This document shows, piece after piece, positions 27,268-39,335 of a stretch of DNA of 64,000 nucleotides; position 1 is the first letter of the stretch; every line of letters begins with the position of its first letter. Both the position numbers and the translations under genes were made by a program. This DNA is from Tubiluchus corallicola (Eukaryota > Animalia > Priapulida): positions 122,375 to 186,374 of the forward strand of contig JAQGDQ010000349.1 of the NCBI GenBank assembly GCA_030141605.1. The letters run 5' to 3'. The notes under the pieces were generated by a model. That model was not told where the DNA came from, did not search any database, and saw nothing but the letters and a program-made list of their open reading frames with translations.

Positions 27268-28386
27268 TCAGTTCGGAAGATCAAAAACTGAAATTTTGCT
27301 GTTCCCAGCCTGAACCGGAGTTGAAGGTGTTGCTACAAACATTGGCGAGATGACTTTAACTGGGTTATTGGAATATTGTGTATCAGAGTGAAGTGCATGT
27401 TGCTTACGATGCTTACAAATGTAACAGAATGTCTCCCAAAAACTTCTTCGAAAATCTGAACTTGTCATGCAGTAAGCGTAGAAATTTAGAGCATAGTTCA
27501 TGGTTGCTGAGACATTGGCCACATGTCTGAGGATGGCAAAGCCAAAAGAATGGGACACATCTGTAGTCATGACTACAATGACCATCACCAAATTTGGCAC
27601 GGTGAAAAAAACAAAAATGACAGAGATGGTAAGAAGAAGAATCAGTAACTTAACCTCGTGTTTTACGGCCCTCTTTTGCGATTTTGTGATGTTTTGAAGA
27701 AGACGACGTTTGACAATGCTTTGACGACGTAAGACAAGTACTAGAGGATTGAGTATAATCACGACTAGAACAGGAAGTAATCCACCAATTATTACGGTTG
27801 CCCAAACCCAAATACTGTACGCCACATGGTTGCGCATCGGGTAGTTCCATTTCCAGAAATACTTTACACTACCATCCTCTTCAGTGGAAACAGTCACTTG
27901 TTTAATGAAGAAATCTGGTATTTCAAGAATGAAACAAAATGTTATAATTCCTGCAATAATTTTCCTGATAGACTTTGAGCTTCTGAGGCCCTCTGTCTTT
28001 GATGGAAATTTGATGGCCACGAAGCGGTCAATGGTGATGCTCATTACAAAAAAGTTACTGGCACTTCTTGCAGTACGGATGAGGACTGATAAGAAATGAG
28101 CACGATACCTGGCAAGGTGAATCGTCCATGGGATCATATCCTCATGGATGAGAGCAAAGTGGTACCAAAAGATGATGGTCAATAGATCACAAATCGTCAT
28201 CCATCGAATGTACATGTATGTGGGACTTTTAAGTCTCTGGCTTTTGCACAAAACAGCAATGTTGAGGAAATTACCCACAATTCCCAGCGAGAAAACAATG
28301 GGAAAAGCAATACGGTAACAATAAAACGCCACCAAAGCAACGACGATTTCTTTGTCATTAACATGTAAAGATTTCATGTCATTCAT
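27268..28386 (-). CDS. Class A GPCR, FMRFamide-receptor-like clade, copy 2; N-terminally truncated or incipient pseudogene
   Basis: Close paralog of copy 1 with an intact 7TM frame. The track start at 28413 is GTG; the first in-frame ATG is 28386. The ATG equivalent to the copy 1 start (28435) is out of frame. Confidence 0.9.
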   Translation of the reverse strand: MNDMKSLHVNDKEIVVALVAFYCYRIAFPIVFSLGIVGNFLNIAVLCKSQRLKSPTYMYIRWMTICDLLTIIFWYHFALIHEDMIPWTIHLARYRAHFLSVLIRTARSASNFFVMSITIDRFVAIKFPSKTEGLRSSKSIRKIIAGIITFCFILEIPDFFIKQVTVSTEEDGSVKYFWKWNYPMRNHVAYSIWVWATVIIGGLLPVLVVIILNPLVLVLRRQSIVKRRLLQNITKSQKRAVKHEVKLLILLLTISVIFVFFTVPNLVMVIVVMTTDVSHSFGFAILRHVANVSATMNYALNFYAYCMTSSDFRRSFWETFCYICKHRKQHALHSDTQYSNNPVKVISPMFVATPSTPVQAGNSKISVFDLPN

Positions 28387-31300
28387 CGGTGTAGTAGCAT
28401 TTTCTGGAAACACATGGATCTTTCATGATTTTCATATTGCTTAAAACTGAAGAGTCCCAGTCATCTATTTTTTGCTATATCTTGCTCGATCACTTTGTAA
28501 TATGTACATATATGCACAATAATACGCTAAACTGATTGTTTTAGCTATTTTTGCTAATTTGAAAAGTATTCACTCGTTCTATTGTATACCGATTGATTAC
28601 CCAAATGAAAAGCAGTCATTAACTTCAACAGCTCAAAACATCACGCATGGACACACTATGTTTGATTTCCAGACGTCCTTCTCTTGGCATTGTAAAATAG
28701 CAACACACAATGATAATTTTTTATAAAAAAATCAGATTAGTGACAAGTCAAGGATGGGAACTGCAGTGTTAAAAGATGAATACAAGCCCAGAAAGCAGAT
28801 CGTTTGTTTACCTAGAGAAAGGCATTGTATTTAAGTAAGTGAGACTGTCCCAAAGAATTTCCCAGTACATACACAGTTGAGAACTACTTTGGGTGTTATT
28901 AATGGGGAACCTATTTTCTGTTGAATAAGTCTACAGAGTAAACACATGAGAGTCAAACTGGGATTTGTAATACTCAGCGATGTAATATTCCAGAAAAACA
29001 CAAGAAACTGCAGCAAAAACAAGCACTCTGAGCAATAATGCCAAAAGTGCCAAAAGTGTATTTGTAAACAAAACAAAACTAAATGGTAACAGCAACTCTG
29101 GATTGTGCAGGTTTTGTGACAACTGCTAAATAGAATTTTTTTGGTACTTTCTAGCTCATCTCGCCGATTCCCCTATTGTTCCCTTTCGCAAATCCACAGG
29201 ATCCTCAATGAAAGCATCCCAGCTCTACGAGATCCATAGATTATGACTCTGTGATTCAGAGGAGATTTGCACCAAAAAGAAGTTCTAAGGTCAACATGCT
29301 GATATAACTTGATCTGAGAGGCTGTGAACATTTATTTGGCATGCAGGGGCTACTGAGTGACCAGCGTGTGCACGTTTTGGACTTTCACGTGAGCAAAAGC
29401 TGTGTAGGGCGCGCAATACACCCATAACCGAAGTAGGTCATTTCCGCTAAAGCGCATGTGCTAACTTTGCGGAAAAGTAGTGTCGTACATGGGCATCCCA
29501 AGTAGGGCACTGGCGATTTCTGCCGAGAATTGAGAATTATGGCATAATGAAAAATAAAACTAAATTTGTTTTAGAAAGAAGTAACTTTATAATAATGACG
29601 GATAGTCCTTGAGAATTTACCAATGTGTTTTTTGCAGTAATATCATCATTATTATTAGCTCCTTTAATATATCATAACACTAAGCTAAGTACCTAATCCT
29701 TTAAAGAGAGAAACTATGTAGGGGACATTATGTAGGGAGCTTACAAGCCAATTTACTTAGTAGAAAACAATTATTTGTCCTAGAGGTAATGAAACTGATC
29801 ACCTGTCTGTGAAGCGAGACAAAATAAAAAATGACATACTTCAAGAAAATGTTGGGATCGCCTAGAAAGCGGGCTCCTTTCACTTCAAAAAGACTAATAT
29901 TAAAGCCAAATTTAATAAAACGTGTAAAATTAAACTCCCGCGATGACCGTTAGGTGCAGTCATTTTAATGGTAGGTCGTTTGAAACAAGTAACATTAAGT
30001 AAAGTTTGAAAAAATAATCAGAGCGTTTGTAGCATACATGTTGCTAATTAAGTAAAATTTAAAATTACTGCATCTTGTCAGTAAGATTAAAAATACGTTT
30101 TTGAATAGTATGTGGCGCACCCTGGAGAGTGAGTCAGCGACATTTTACCAATTGGCAAAAACATTTTAAATTATTAGTCTAGTTACGTAAGTTACGTAGG
30201 TCTTTCCAGCAGGTAAGTGAAAATGCTAAGTAATTTACATTTGGACGGAAAGTTTTTTGAGTCATAATTTAACATTGCCTTTTCTTCCCCTGATTTACGT
30301 GGCATAGTGACGTCATGTAATGGCGCCGTCAAAACAGTATTGCGGGAGATTTAAAATGAAAACAAACAAAAATTCCTTTCAACGCGAATATGATATGTGC
30401 ATAAAATACTGTAAAGTAGTATAATCTTTTAAGGAAATTTTTCTGAAACCTACTCCAGGTGCCCCTTTTCTTGTCTTTTAAGCCTCAAAACAGCTGTTCT
30501 AGTGTGTCTCGATCTTTGACCTGAAACCACAAAGACACAACAGTTCCTGTATAGAACAAACATTATTTTCAAAAAATTAGCTCTATCAGTTGCTTTCAAT
30601 ATTTGCTGAAGAAGAACGGACAAAGAAACTAACAAACAAAATAAAAGCTTGTCGGGCGTGGACAGTTGGCACTAAATTGATCCTTCTTTCTTCGATACAC
30701 GTTTTGCTCATTTCACAACAAAGCTAGATTTCCCATAACACTAGAGTAATTACTGCTGCTGCTGTTATTTGTGAACCTTTTATTTATCCAAGTTACACGG
30801 AAAAACTTTCTGCAAGTAATTACTATGGCTGTTGGCTGCAAAAGCTGGCGAAGCCACAATGAGTTATCATGGAGGATCAAGTTTTTGATAGAATCTTTAA
30901 TTAGCTGTGGTAAGGTAAGTCGAAAAAGCACATGAGGTCGCTGTTTTGGTGTTAAGGTGAGTTGAAGGTTGTACATGAGATCGTTGTTAAGTCAGGTAAA
31001 TTGAAGCTGGTAAATGAGACTGTTTAACAGATTTGCCATTCACAAATATATACAGAACTGAAATTAACATAATTGGCAGATACATGGATGCACTCAACGA
31101 TTTTATTTAATAAACAAATTTAAAAAAGAGAAAACAAGGAGTTAATTGCGGGCTCCTTCAGTGGACATAATTAGCAATATGCAGCTTCTTCCAAGGTAAA
31201 TTTTTAAAATAAAAGTCAAACCAAGCCACCGACCTGAACAAGGGTCAAGCAAATACCAGGTGATTAGAGCAATTATTAGTACAATTAAATAAACCGTCCA

Positions 31301-31830
31301 ATAATGTAAAGTTAGTCATTAATTATTGCTCATGTGTAATTGAGTAAACAAATCAAACAACTTAATATCCCAGTCAATGAAACAAACAGTGCAAAAACGA
31401 AAGAAACGTGGGATAGCTCTGAAATAAAAAGCCTATTAATAAATAGCCTACTAGGCACTACACAGTGGTAAAATAAAATTATGATAACGCGAGCTCTTTC
31501 AAAGAAAAATTATTTTACTTCTTTCTTCTGCTTCATTTTTAAGCATTTCACGCAAATTGTGAAATCCAGCTTGATTGATTTGAAATACGCGTGTGCATTC
31601 TGGAGCTAACATGCAACCTATTGATGAGTAGCCTGATTTGCACGACAAAGCCATTAGTACGAGACGCAGGAGGCGTTAGAGTGTTGAGAGTATCTATGCT
31701 GTAATATACCAGAATTCAGTGCGGAAACTTACAGCCTACGTTCATTATTTTGTTTCGAAGCTCACAACAGATTTAGTGAGTTCATACAGCCAGCGATCAG
31801 ATGGAATAGACTAATCAGAAAAAATAACGA

Positions 31831-31908
31831 ACAAGCCTATGCAGAAATTTTGATTCCGCAGGCAATGTTACAAGCCTATGCAAAAATTTTGATTCCGCAG
31901 GCAATGTT
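31831..31908. repeat. 39-bp tandem duplication
   Basis: acaagcctatgca(g/a)aaattttgattccgcaggcaatgtt occurs twice. Confidence 0.92.
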
Positions 31909-32011
31909 TGCATAAAAAAATAGGACCTGTTGTTCGTTTTGCTAGCAAGAAGCATTACGTTACGTGACAAGAAAGTAAAAGAAGAGGGACAGAATGGATA
32001 GTGAGTGAGTG

Positions 32012-32177
<166 letters not shown>

Positions 32178-33170
32178 CGAATTGGTGAAAATATAGTCAA
32201 CCATGTTCTGTATGCATGTTACAAGAACAGTTGAATGCTGTTGTGGCATATATTTGGATTACGGATGCTCAGGGCAATATCTCCGTTACATTGGCCGTTT
32301 TAATTTATGCAACAAATTCTCGCTCAATTTGTAGAAAAGGATATTACATCTACTTTATTCCAGGCTAAGCGATGTATTAGCTTTTAATTTTATGTGCGGG
32401 CATGCGCATTGAAAAATTCTATCGCTTGGAGGAGGAAGAGGAGGTAGAGAAACCAAGCGGCTTTAAAGGCTGTCACTGCATTAAAAAATAACGGTATGAA
32501 GAGTATGTAGTAACAATGGCATGTAGAAGGAAATATTTGAAACTTGCTGTGAAATTTCCTGTACTAGGTAGTTGTGTAACAAGTTATGTGCGTTAAGTGT
32601 TTTTAATAAACTTCACGTAGCTTGAAATAATGGTATGCACTAAACTCTGGGTCCGAAATCTATCGCCTTCCTTAATGGTACATAATTATACCAATCTTTT
32701 TTATTAATATTTACATACCATCCATTATTGAAGGACAACTAACTACGCTACTTATTAATATCATTATCGATATTAATTGTACTTTTATAGAAAGTGTATG
32801 CTCGTAACACGTGTACCTTAATTTTGCATATTTTTATTGCACATTTATCCTTATGCAACGTTATAACAACAACATTCCTTACAAAATAGAGTTAAGTGAA
32901 AGGAAACGCAAAATATTTTTCTCAATGAAAAGATGATGATAAGACTAATAATATGAAACATTATTTAGGAAACATTTTATATTAGCAGTACTCAAGTTTA
33001 ATGTGGTGGCCATAAAGCTATTAATTTTAATGAAATTATTAATGAAATGAAAAGCAGTCTGATTATAGACCTATTACATTCATATAATTAAGAGATAAAA
33101 TGTTTTCACTGAACTGACCAATTTGGCACTTTAATAGCAATTGAGGGGCACTTTTATAACTGAGAATGGT

Positions 33171-34472
33171 TCAGTGGGCCTGACAGCTAACCGTTCTGTT
33201 AAACTGTATTAACCGATGTGCCATTTGAACTTTGAAAGCCTCCAAGTAGAATCTGTGTACAGTATCACGGGGCAAACCTAATCTCACAACTGTCCTTTGT
33301 AAGAGTTCTGCAGTGGTACTGATATTATCCATGTTCATATTTTTGGTGACCATCCTTACACAAAGCTGCATCAGACCTGAGCTTGCATAACCATACATTT
33401 TCTCGACCAAATTTGGTATGCTGGAGCAGCCCTTTAACAGAGGAAAAAACTCCAGTTGTTCCAGCAACTCCTCCTGGATGCTTGAGTTTGAAAACAGACC
33501 CCTATCGACTAGAATAGACAGCGATTTGTATTCTTTCTTATATTGTTGCTCCGGGTGTGAACTGTATCCATGTTTGGTTATAAACACAAAAAGTGGAGAA
33601 AACAAAACGCTTCTCTCAACGGGCTCAGTAACACCACCCAGATTAGGATCACTAATGCTAATGGTTTCTACAAATTTCGCTCGTGCTGATGTATCTGCTC
33701 CATGGTGTACAAGTTTAAGGCATGTCGGGAAATCACCGTTTAACATGCTTAAATGTAAAGCAGTTACCCCTTGAGTCGTGCTCGCGTTAACGTCTATTTT
33801 GGTTTCCTTTAGCAAATAATGGAATATGGCCTGTCGTTCTTTCCTGTAGTAACTTATTGGACCGCCAATCAGATAAAACAGCAAACTCCTTGAAAAGCGA
33901 CCTCTTGCGTTCACGTCCGCTTCGTTCTCACACAGTAACTGCACCAACTTCAGATGGTGTGGTGTCGTTTGTGCTAACATATGCAAAATGGTGTCACCTT
34001 TATAATATTTTGTGTTCACATCTGCACCATAATTGACAAACAACTGGACAAGTCTTTCAATGTGATTCTTATATTCGACTTGCGTTCTAATCAGACACGG
34101 GCCAATGCCAATCACCTGAGTTTTTTGAAGATAGGGGTCAGACCACATCGAGTACACAGAAAACAGCAATTGGAAGGGGGTGCGTGTGTAGGTTTCTTCT
34201 CTACCGCTCGGCGAAATGAGGAACCTCAAGTTTGTATCAGCTCCATGTTGGACGAGTAAACTTGCCAGGTGAAAATTCATTTGAGTTCCATACTCACCGC
34301 ATAGTACCATGTAGAGCGGTGTATAGTACCCAGGACCATAATTTAGGTACTCATGATTTCTGTGAGCTGAAATTTCCTGAGCTGCCTTCTCGAAATTCCC
34401 AGCAGCAATGGCCCTTGTGAGTTCCGTCTCGCCACAAGTTCTGTACCTCAATGGCAACACTTCGTTGTACAT
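33171..34472 (-). CDS. Ankyrin-repeat protein with C-terminal SOCS-box-like motif (ASB-like), copy 1; 433 aa from the first ATG
   Basis: Ankyrin motifs TPLYMV..LVQHGADTN, YGADVN, GDTILH..ADVNAR, GVTALH..HGAD. BC-box-like SGLMQLCVRMV and cullin-box-like LGLP..HRFYL. The track start (34622) is TTG; the ATG at 34472 aligns with the paralog start (MYN..L.YR.C.ETELT). Confidence 0.9.
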   Translation of the reverse strand: MYNEVLPLRYRTCGETELTRAIAAGNFEKAAQEISAHRNHEYLNYGPGYYTPLYMVLCGEYGTQMNFHLASLLVQHGADTNLRFLISPSGREETYTRTPFQLLFSVYSMWSDPYLQKTQVIGIGPCLIRTQVEYKNHIERLVQLFVNYGADVNTKYYKGDTILHMLAQTTPHHLKLVQLLCENEADVNARGRFSRSLLFYLIGGPISYYRKERQAIFHYLLKETKIDVNASTTQGVTALHLSMLNGDFPTCLKLVHHGADTSARAKFVETISISDPNLGGVTEPVERSVLFSPLFVFITKHGYSSHPEQQYKKEYKSLSILVDRGLFSNSSIQEELLEQLEFFPLLKGCSSIPNLVEKMYGYASSGLMQLCVRMVTKNMNMDNISTTAELLQRTVVRLGLPRDTVHRFYLEAFKVQMAHRLIQFNRTVSCQAH

Positions 34473-36059
34473 ATTAAATATTTGAAACGGCTCGTTGACA
34501 TTTAGAAACACAAAATCTTTCACACTGCAGGTCTTATAATACCATCCAGGAGAAGTCAGATTATCACACTTAAACAGATTAGTCAACCCGACTGCAGCTG
34601 ACGTTTGGACAACTCCAAGCAAACCAATATTGTGTAGAATGACTCATATACTGCCATACTATATCTACATTACACAACCAAGATACTAAGTTTAACTTGA
34701 ACCAGAACGCCCATATTATAACAGCAGGGTAAACGCTAGGCGTTGTTTACTCTGCCAGTTTTATCTACAAAATGTGGATCAATATCAAGATGTAGTAAAT
34801 TCACATAGGTTGACTGCTAGCATATTGCCAAGTGTAAATTAAAAGTTGACAGCGCATTAAATCATTGTGATAGCACAGTCATAAGACTGCTAGATATCAG
34901 CTTGTTTAAGTTCACGAAACGTTCAACTATAATAACCATAACAAATTTATAGTATGAAATGGCTTAAATGTTGTACCCCCTTAATATAATGTCTACCATG
35001 TGAGCTACTATTATCCTCCTCCAAATATGGGCCTATATGTGTGACATCGAATCAACGACAGCGGCCCTCTTGTAGACTTGCTTGCACTTTATCGCCGTAC
35101 TATAAATATTATAAGGCAACAGGTATATTGAAACACCTGTTACTTTTCCAGCGAAGTTCACATACGTACAACCTTTACCCTACAAACAAATTTCATCCAA
35201 ATGCTTCGTAGATTACAAAACGCAAATCTACAACAACACAGCAACACTGTAAAATAGCTGAAGCTTAATAATTCACCATGTATCCAAGGTGGCCCAACAC
35301 TCACAACTGTAAATATTTAAGGGCTGTCCTGTTCGTTGACCTCGCCAGTGGCGAAATTCCGCAAGAACGAGAGTTAGGTGTAAAGGCGGTATTAATTTAA
35401 CCACTGCTCAGTCTAGCATACGAAAGTTCGCTGACCGTTCAACGTACGGTTGTACACACATAAATACCAGCCAGTTCACTTTCCCTATAATCTAGCGCTA
35501 GACTACAGCTTAACATAGCAGACTACAAATTTCAGGCTTATCATAATTAAATGCTGATCTAGCTGTATTAGCGTATAATGAACAATAAATTGCGAACTAT
35601 GGAAATCCCAACATTGTCCTTTACCGAGTTTAACGTTTTAACTGGAGGAGGCAAACATATAAAACACACAAATGTCCAGAAGGTGTCGGTTGTCGAAAAA
35701 AAGAGTTTAATGTATAGCCGATAATGTGTAACGGAGCAAAGTGAAAGAAATCAACCCTACATAGGGTTCCTAGGGCCTATAATATTACAGCTTCTAGCAC
35801 ATGTATTGCAAAAAACTACTGTGTTAATGATTATATTTCTATTCAACGTAGATGTAATCTAGGTGTTCCACAAAGGTCAGTTACAACACCAATTTTGTTT
35901 ATATTTTTCATTGTTGATATGTTTCATATCGGCAGACAGCAGTATACAGCAGTCAGTCAAAAAATATAAGTATGACGGGTATTTGCATGTGCCAGTCATA
36001 AACCCTTTAATTCTGTGTTTAATTAAACAAAGTTATGTAATATCTTACACAAATGGTGT

Positions 36060-36502
36060 TTAAAAATAAATTCGTTACCTGGTAAGACAGAAGAATTGTT
36101 AGTTAGAGCACGGAATGGAAGTAATAAGCGGGAATAAGTTAAAAATTGGTCATAATGAAATACTATTTGCTGAAGGCAAAACATTAGGCCTTATTATTGA
36201 TCGGAAATTTACTTTCTCAAAACGCGTTGTTAATGTACATAAAAAGTTTGAGCAGATGGCTGAAATTAAAATAATTTTTTTTAGTAAATGCAGAGATATG
36301 ATGATTACTGCGACTGCAATTTTTTTTTACAAAACTGCCATTTTGCCGATTACACTGTATGGTGTTATTGCATGGTTAGGTAATACAACTTTCCTTGTTT
36401 GACGATATAGTTTATGATGCAATGGTAAACGAAAAGAAGCACTCTTTTGTACATATGTTATTTATTTTCTGAATAAAGATTTATTATCACAAAAAAAATA
36501 AA
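36060..36502 (+). mobile_element. LINE fragment (RT C-terminal region, CR1-like) with A-rich end
   Basis: KTLGLIIDRKFTF...FYKTAILPITLYGVIAW fits the K.LG+.+D..L.F and Y...I.P.L.YG...W patterns; followed by aataaa and an A-rich stretch. Confidence 0.7.
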
Positions 36503-37137
36503 ATCGGTGCTTATTCACATATATTTCACTCAACATTCAGGCCATACCATGACTACAGACATTGTAACAAAGTAAAAGTATGTAATTTTTGTCTCCACAC
36601 GAACATTATCAGCAGAGTTTTTTCATTATTATTTTACTGTACAATTAAAGCATAAATTACCAAATAAGTACAGTTTATAATCTGAATCCACGTAGTAGTG
36701 CATAAAATAATTTTTTTATTTCAGCATCCATGCAACTTATTATAAAAATCCAGGTACAGTGTATATATTATTCTACAAAATCGTCTGGTATAGTGAAGAA
36801 GGCATTGGTAATGATGACGAAAAAAGTGTAATACTAAAACAGTAGTAACAATCTGTTAACTGACATACTAGAAAACGGTGTATTCTGGAATATACTCAGG
36901 CTAGTGGTTATTCTCGCCCTTCTAATATTACGCCAGAGTTGTGCTATATAATTATATTAAATTAAATAATATTTGTTCTCATAATTATGTGCTAGGCAAT
37001 GGATACACAACCCATTTTATTTTTTAAATTCACACTCTCCACAATTTACAATCTAAGCAAAAATCTACCTGCGGCAAATTAAATCATTCACGAATCCTAC
37101 ATAAATTACTATACATGGTTCATGAGTTTTGAGAACT

Positions 37138-38337
37138 TTACTCGTTGTCGAGACAAATTCGTTTATGAACGTCTAGAATTTGAGTTGCTATATCAAGCAT
37201 TTTTACAAGCTTAGAGGGCATTTGAAGTTTGAAAGCTTCCAAATAAAGCCTATTTAAAAGAATAGTAGGCAAACGTAAGTCTACAACTAGTTGCTGTAGT
37301 TTAGAGGCAGATGTATCATCAAAGCTAATTTTCTTTGCCAGTTCTCTAACACACAGTTGCTGCAAGTCACTAGTAGCACAACCATACAGTTTTCCAACTA
37401 GATTTTGGATATCCGTACAGATTCTAAACTCTGGAAAGCATTTTAATTGTTCCTTAAGTTCATTTTCAATGCTTAAATCGTCAAAGAAACCATTGTCTAC
37501 TAGTGAAGACAAGTGATTATATTTCTTTTTGTATTTCTGATTTTGATCATAATACGAGAGATGTCCTTGCCTGATGAGGAAGAACATGAGAGGAGAAAAT
37601 TCCATCCTCCTCCGGCTCAAAGTTGCTCTAATTCCTGTCTCTGCACCATAGTGGATCAATTCTCTTGCTGTTGTAAAATCTCCGTGGCACATGCTTAAAT
37701 GCAGAGGACCACAGTAGCTTACAACACAAGGTGCACACAGTAAAGGTAAATAAACATGGCCTTCTACATTGACGTCTGCACCCGCTTCACATAGTAACCG
37801 CAACAGCGTTGTCTCACATGGAGTTTTATCTACAAGAGCGTGAATAATAGTGGTACCTCTATAAGTCGTGTTAACATCGGCCCCATAGCTGATGAAGAGC
37901 CGAATGAGCGTTTCTATTTGTTCTTTATATATTCCTTCTTGATGAATTTGTTGCCAGTCTGCTCCAATAATGGGAAATGAATGAACATGATACATTTTCC
38001 ATTTTAGATATAAGAAAAGCAGCGTCTGAAATGGAGTCTCAGTGAAAAACTCCCTGCCATGTCCCATTATGCAACGGTGCAAAACGAATTGCAGGTTTGA
38101 GTTTGCTCCATGTTCAACTAAACTCTTTGCCAAAGGAAGATGAATTATCTTTTCACGACCACCTCCAAGAACCATGTGAAGTGGGGAGTAGTGGTCTGGT
38201 CCTTCGTTCAAGTATTCCTCATTTCTGTGAGTGCTAATTTCCTTCATTGCTTTATTATAATCACCAGTTGCAATGGCTTTTGTAAGCTCTGTTTCACTGC
38301 AACTTCTGTATTCTAGTCTTTGGTCACGATTATACAT
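37138..38337 (-). CDS. Ankyrin-repeat protein with C-terminal SOCS-box-like motif (ASB-like), copy 2; 399 aa
   Basis: Collinear paralog of copy 1: SPLHMV..LVEHGANSN, YGADVN, LLCEAGADVN, PLHLS..HYGA; SDLQQLCVREL and LRLPTILLNRLYL. Confidence 0.92.
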   Translation of the reverse strand: MYNRDQRLEYRSCSETELTKAIATGDYNKAMKEISTHRNEEYLNEGPDHYSPLHMVLGGGREKIIHLPLAKSLVEHGANSNLQFVLHRCIMGHGREFFTETPFQTLLFLYLKWKMYHVHSFPIIGADWQQIHQEGIYKEQIETLIRLFISYGADVNTTYRGTTIIHALVDKTPCETTLLRLLCEAGADVNVEGHVYLPLLCAPCVVSYCGPLHLSMCHGDFTTARELIHYGAETGIRATLSRRRMEFSPLMFFLIRQGHLSYYDQNQKYKKKYNHLSSLVDNGFFDDLSIENELKEQLKCFPEFRICTDIQNLVGKLYGCATSDLQQLCVRELAKKISFDDTSASKLQQLVVDLRLPTILLNRLYLEAFKLQMPSKLVKMLDIATQILDVHKRICLDNE

Positions 38338-39000
38338 GATGTCACTGTTTTGCTAAAAGTAATATTATTGACTTATTCACCTATATGTTAGGAAATGTGT
38401 TCTGTTTGGTAACAGATCAAACTCTTGAAGACGTGTATTCACCCTAAGCTATCTGTGATAACATGTTGACGAAATAACTCTTTTATAACATAGCAAAGTG
38501 CAAGAGTCAATGTGTTTACGGCATGCTTTTTATCGTAATGTTTATCAAAGATAAGAGCTAGCCAGAATGAGAAAGGAACATTTATTTTATGACAAAGACA
38601 GGCAAGTCTTACGACGCTGTACAGTAGTTTATTATAGGGTCAAAGCATTATTTGTTTTGTTGTGCTCGGCAACATTAATTCGTCATTTACGTTTACAAAA
38701 ACAAAATTTATATGGGCTTAACGTTCAGCATGAGCTGATCCAACATAAAACGTTCGCACATCTCTTTTCAATTAACGTTTAAAACAAACAATGTGATACA
38801 ATAGGGCTTTGTTGTTTGTTCGGTATTGTTTGATTGCTTCTAACACTGAAGAGAAAGCTACAACAAAGCATAGAGCGGTTTCAGAGTTGACGCCTACAAT
38901 AGAAATTGAACCAAAAATAGACAAAACATGCCAGATTATTCAGTTTTGCCGAGCATGCCAATTGGATTTCGTCTCTAAAACCGAACTGCACATGCACAGT

Positions 39001-39335
39001 CAGGGCCGTCTTAACAGTATTATAGGTTCCCTTGGCAAAGCAGTACGCTGTGACCTCTACTCACACAACCACTCACGGGAATAAAAATGTAAATGGTCGA
39101 TAAAATTAATCATAATTTATTGTATTGGTACTTGTAACGAAATCAGTGTTTAAACATTAAAAAACATGTTGCACAACAAAGATTAATCAACAAAAACGTT
39201 TGAACAACATAACATCAGCCTCGAAAAACACAAATATTTCAACACAGACAGCAAGTCGCATACTGACATGCATAGTTAGGATGGGACCTCTATAATAGGC
39301 AACTGCCCGTGTGCCTATGCGTTAAGACGACCCGG
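39001..39335. mobile_element. hAT-type MITE
   Basis: TIR cagggccgtcttaac / gttaagacgacccgg (13 of 15); flanking 8-mers tgcacagt and tgtacaat (6 of 8), consistent with an aged TSD. Confidence 0.75.

Noticed and set aside
21650-28099. Conserved plus-strand ORF pairs (21650/27500 and 22034/27884)
   Set aside because: Antisense shadows of the duplicated GPCR coding sequences; their similarity needs no independent explanation.
34473-34622. 50-aa N-terminal extension of the 483-aa ORF
   Set aside because: It begins at TTG and has no counterpart in the paralog; homology starts at the ATG at 34472.
33171-38337. Horizontal transfer from an endosymbiont or virus (intronless ankyrin genes)
   Set aside because: No bacterial or viral neighbours or operon signals; the flanks carry host repeats and splice-like signals. 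Not supported without a phylogeny.
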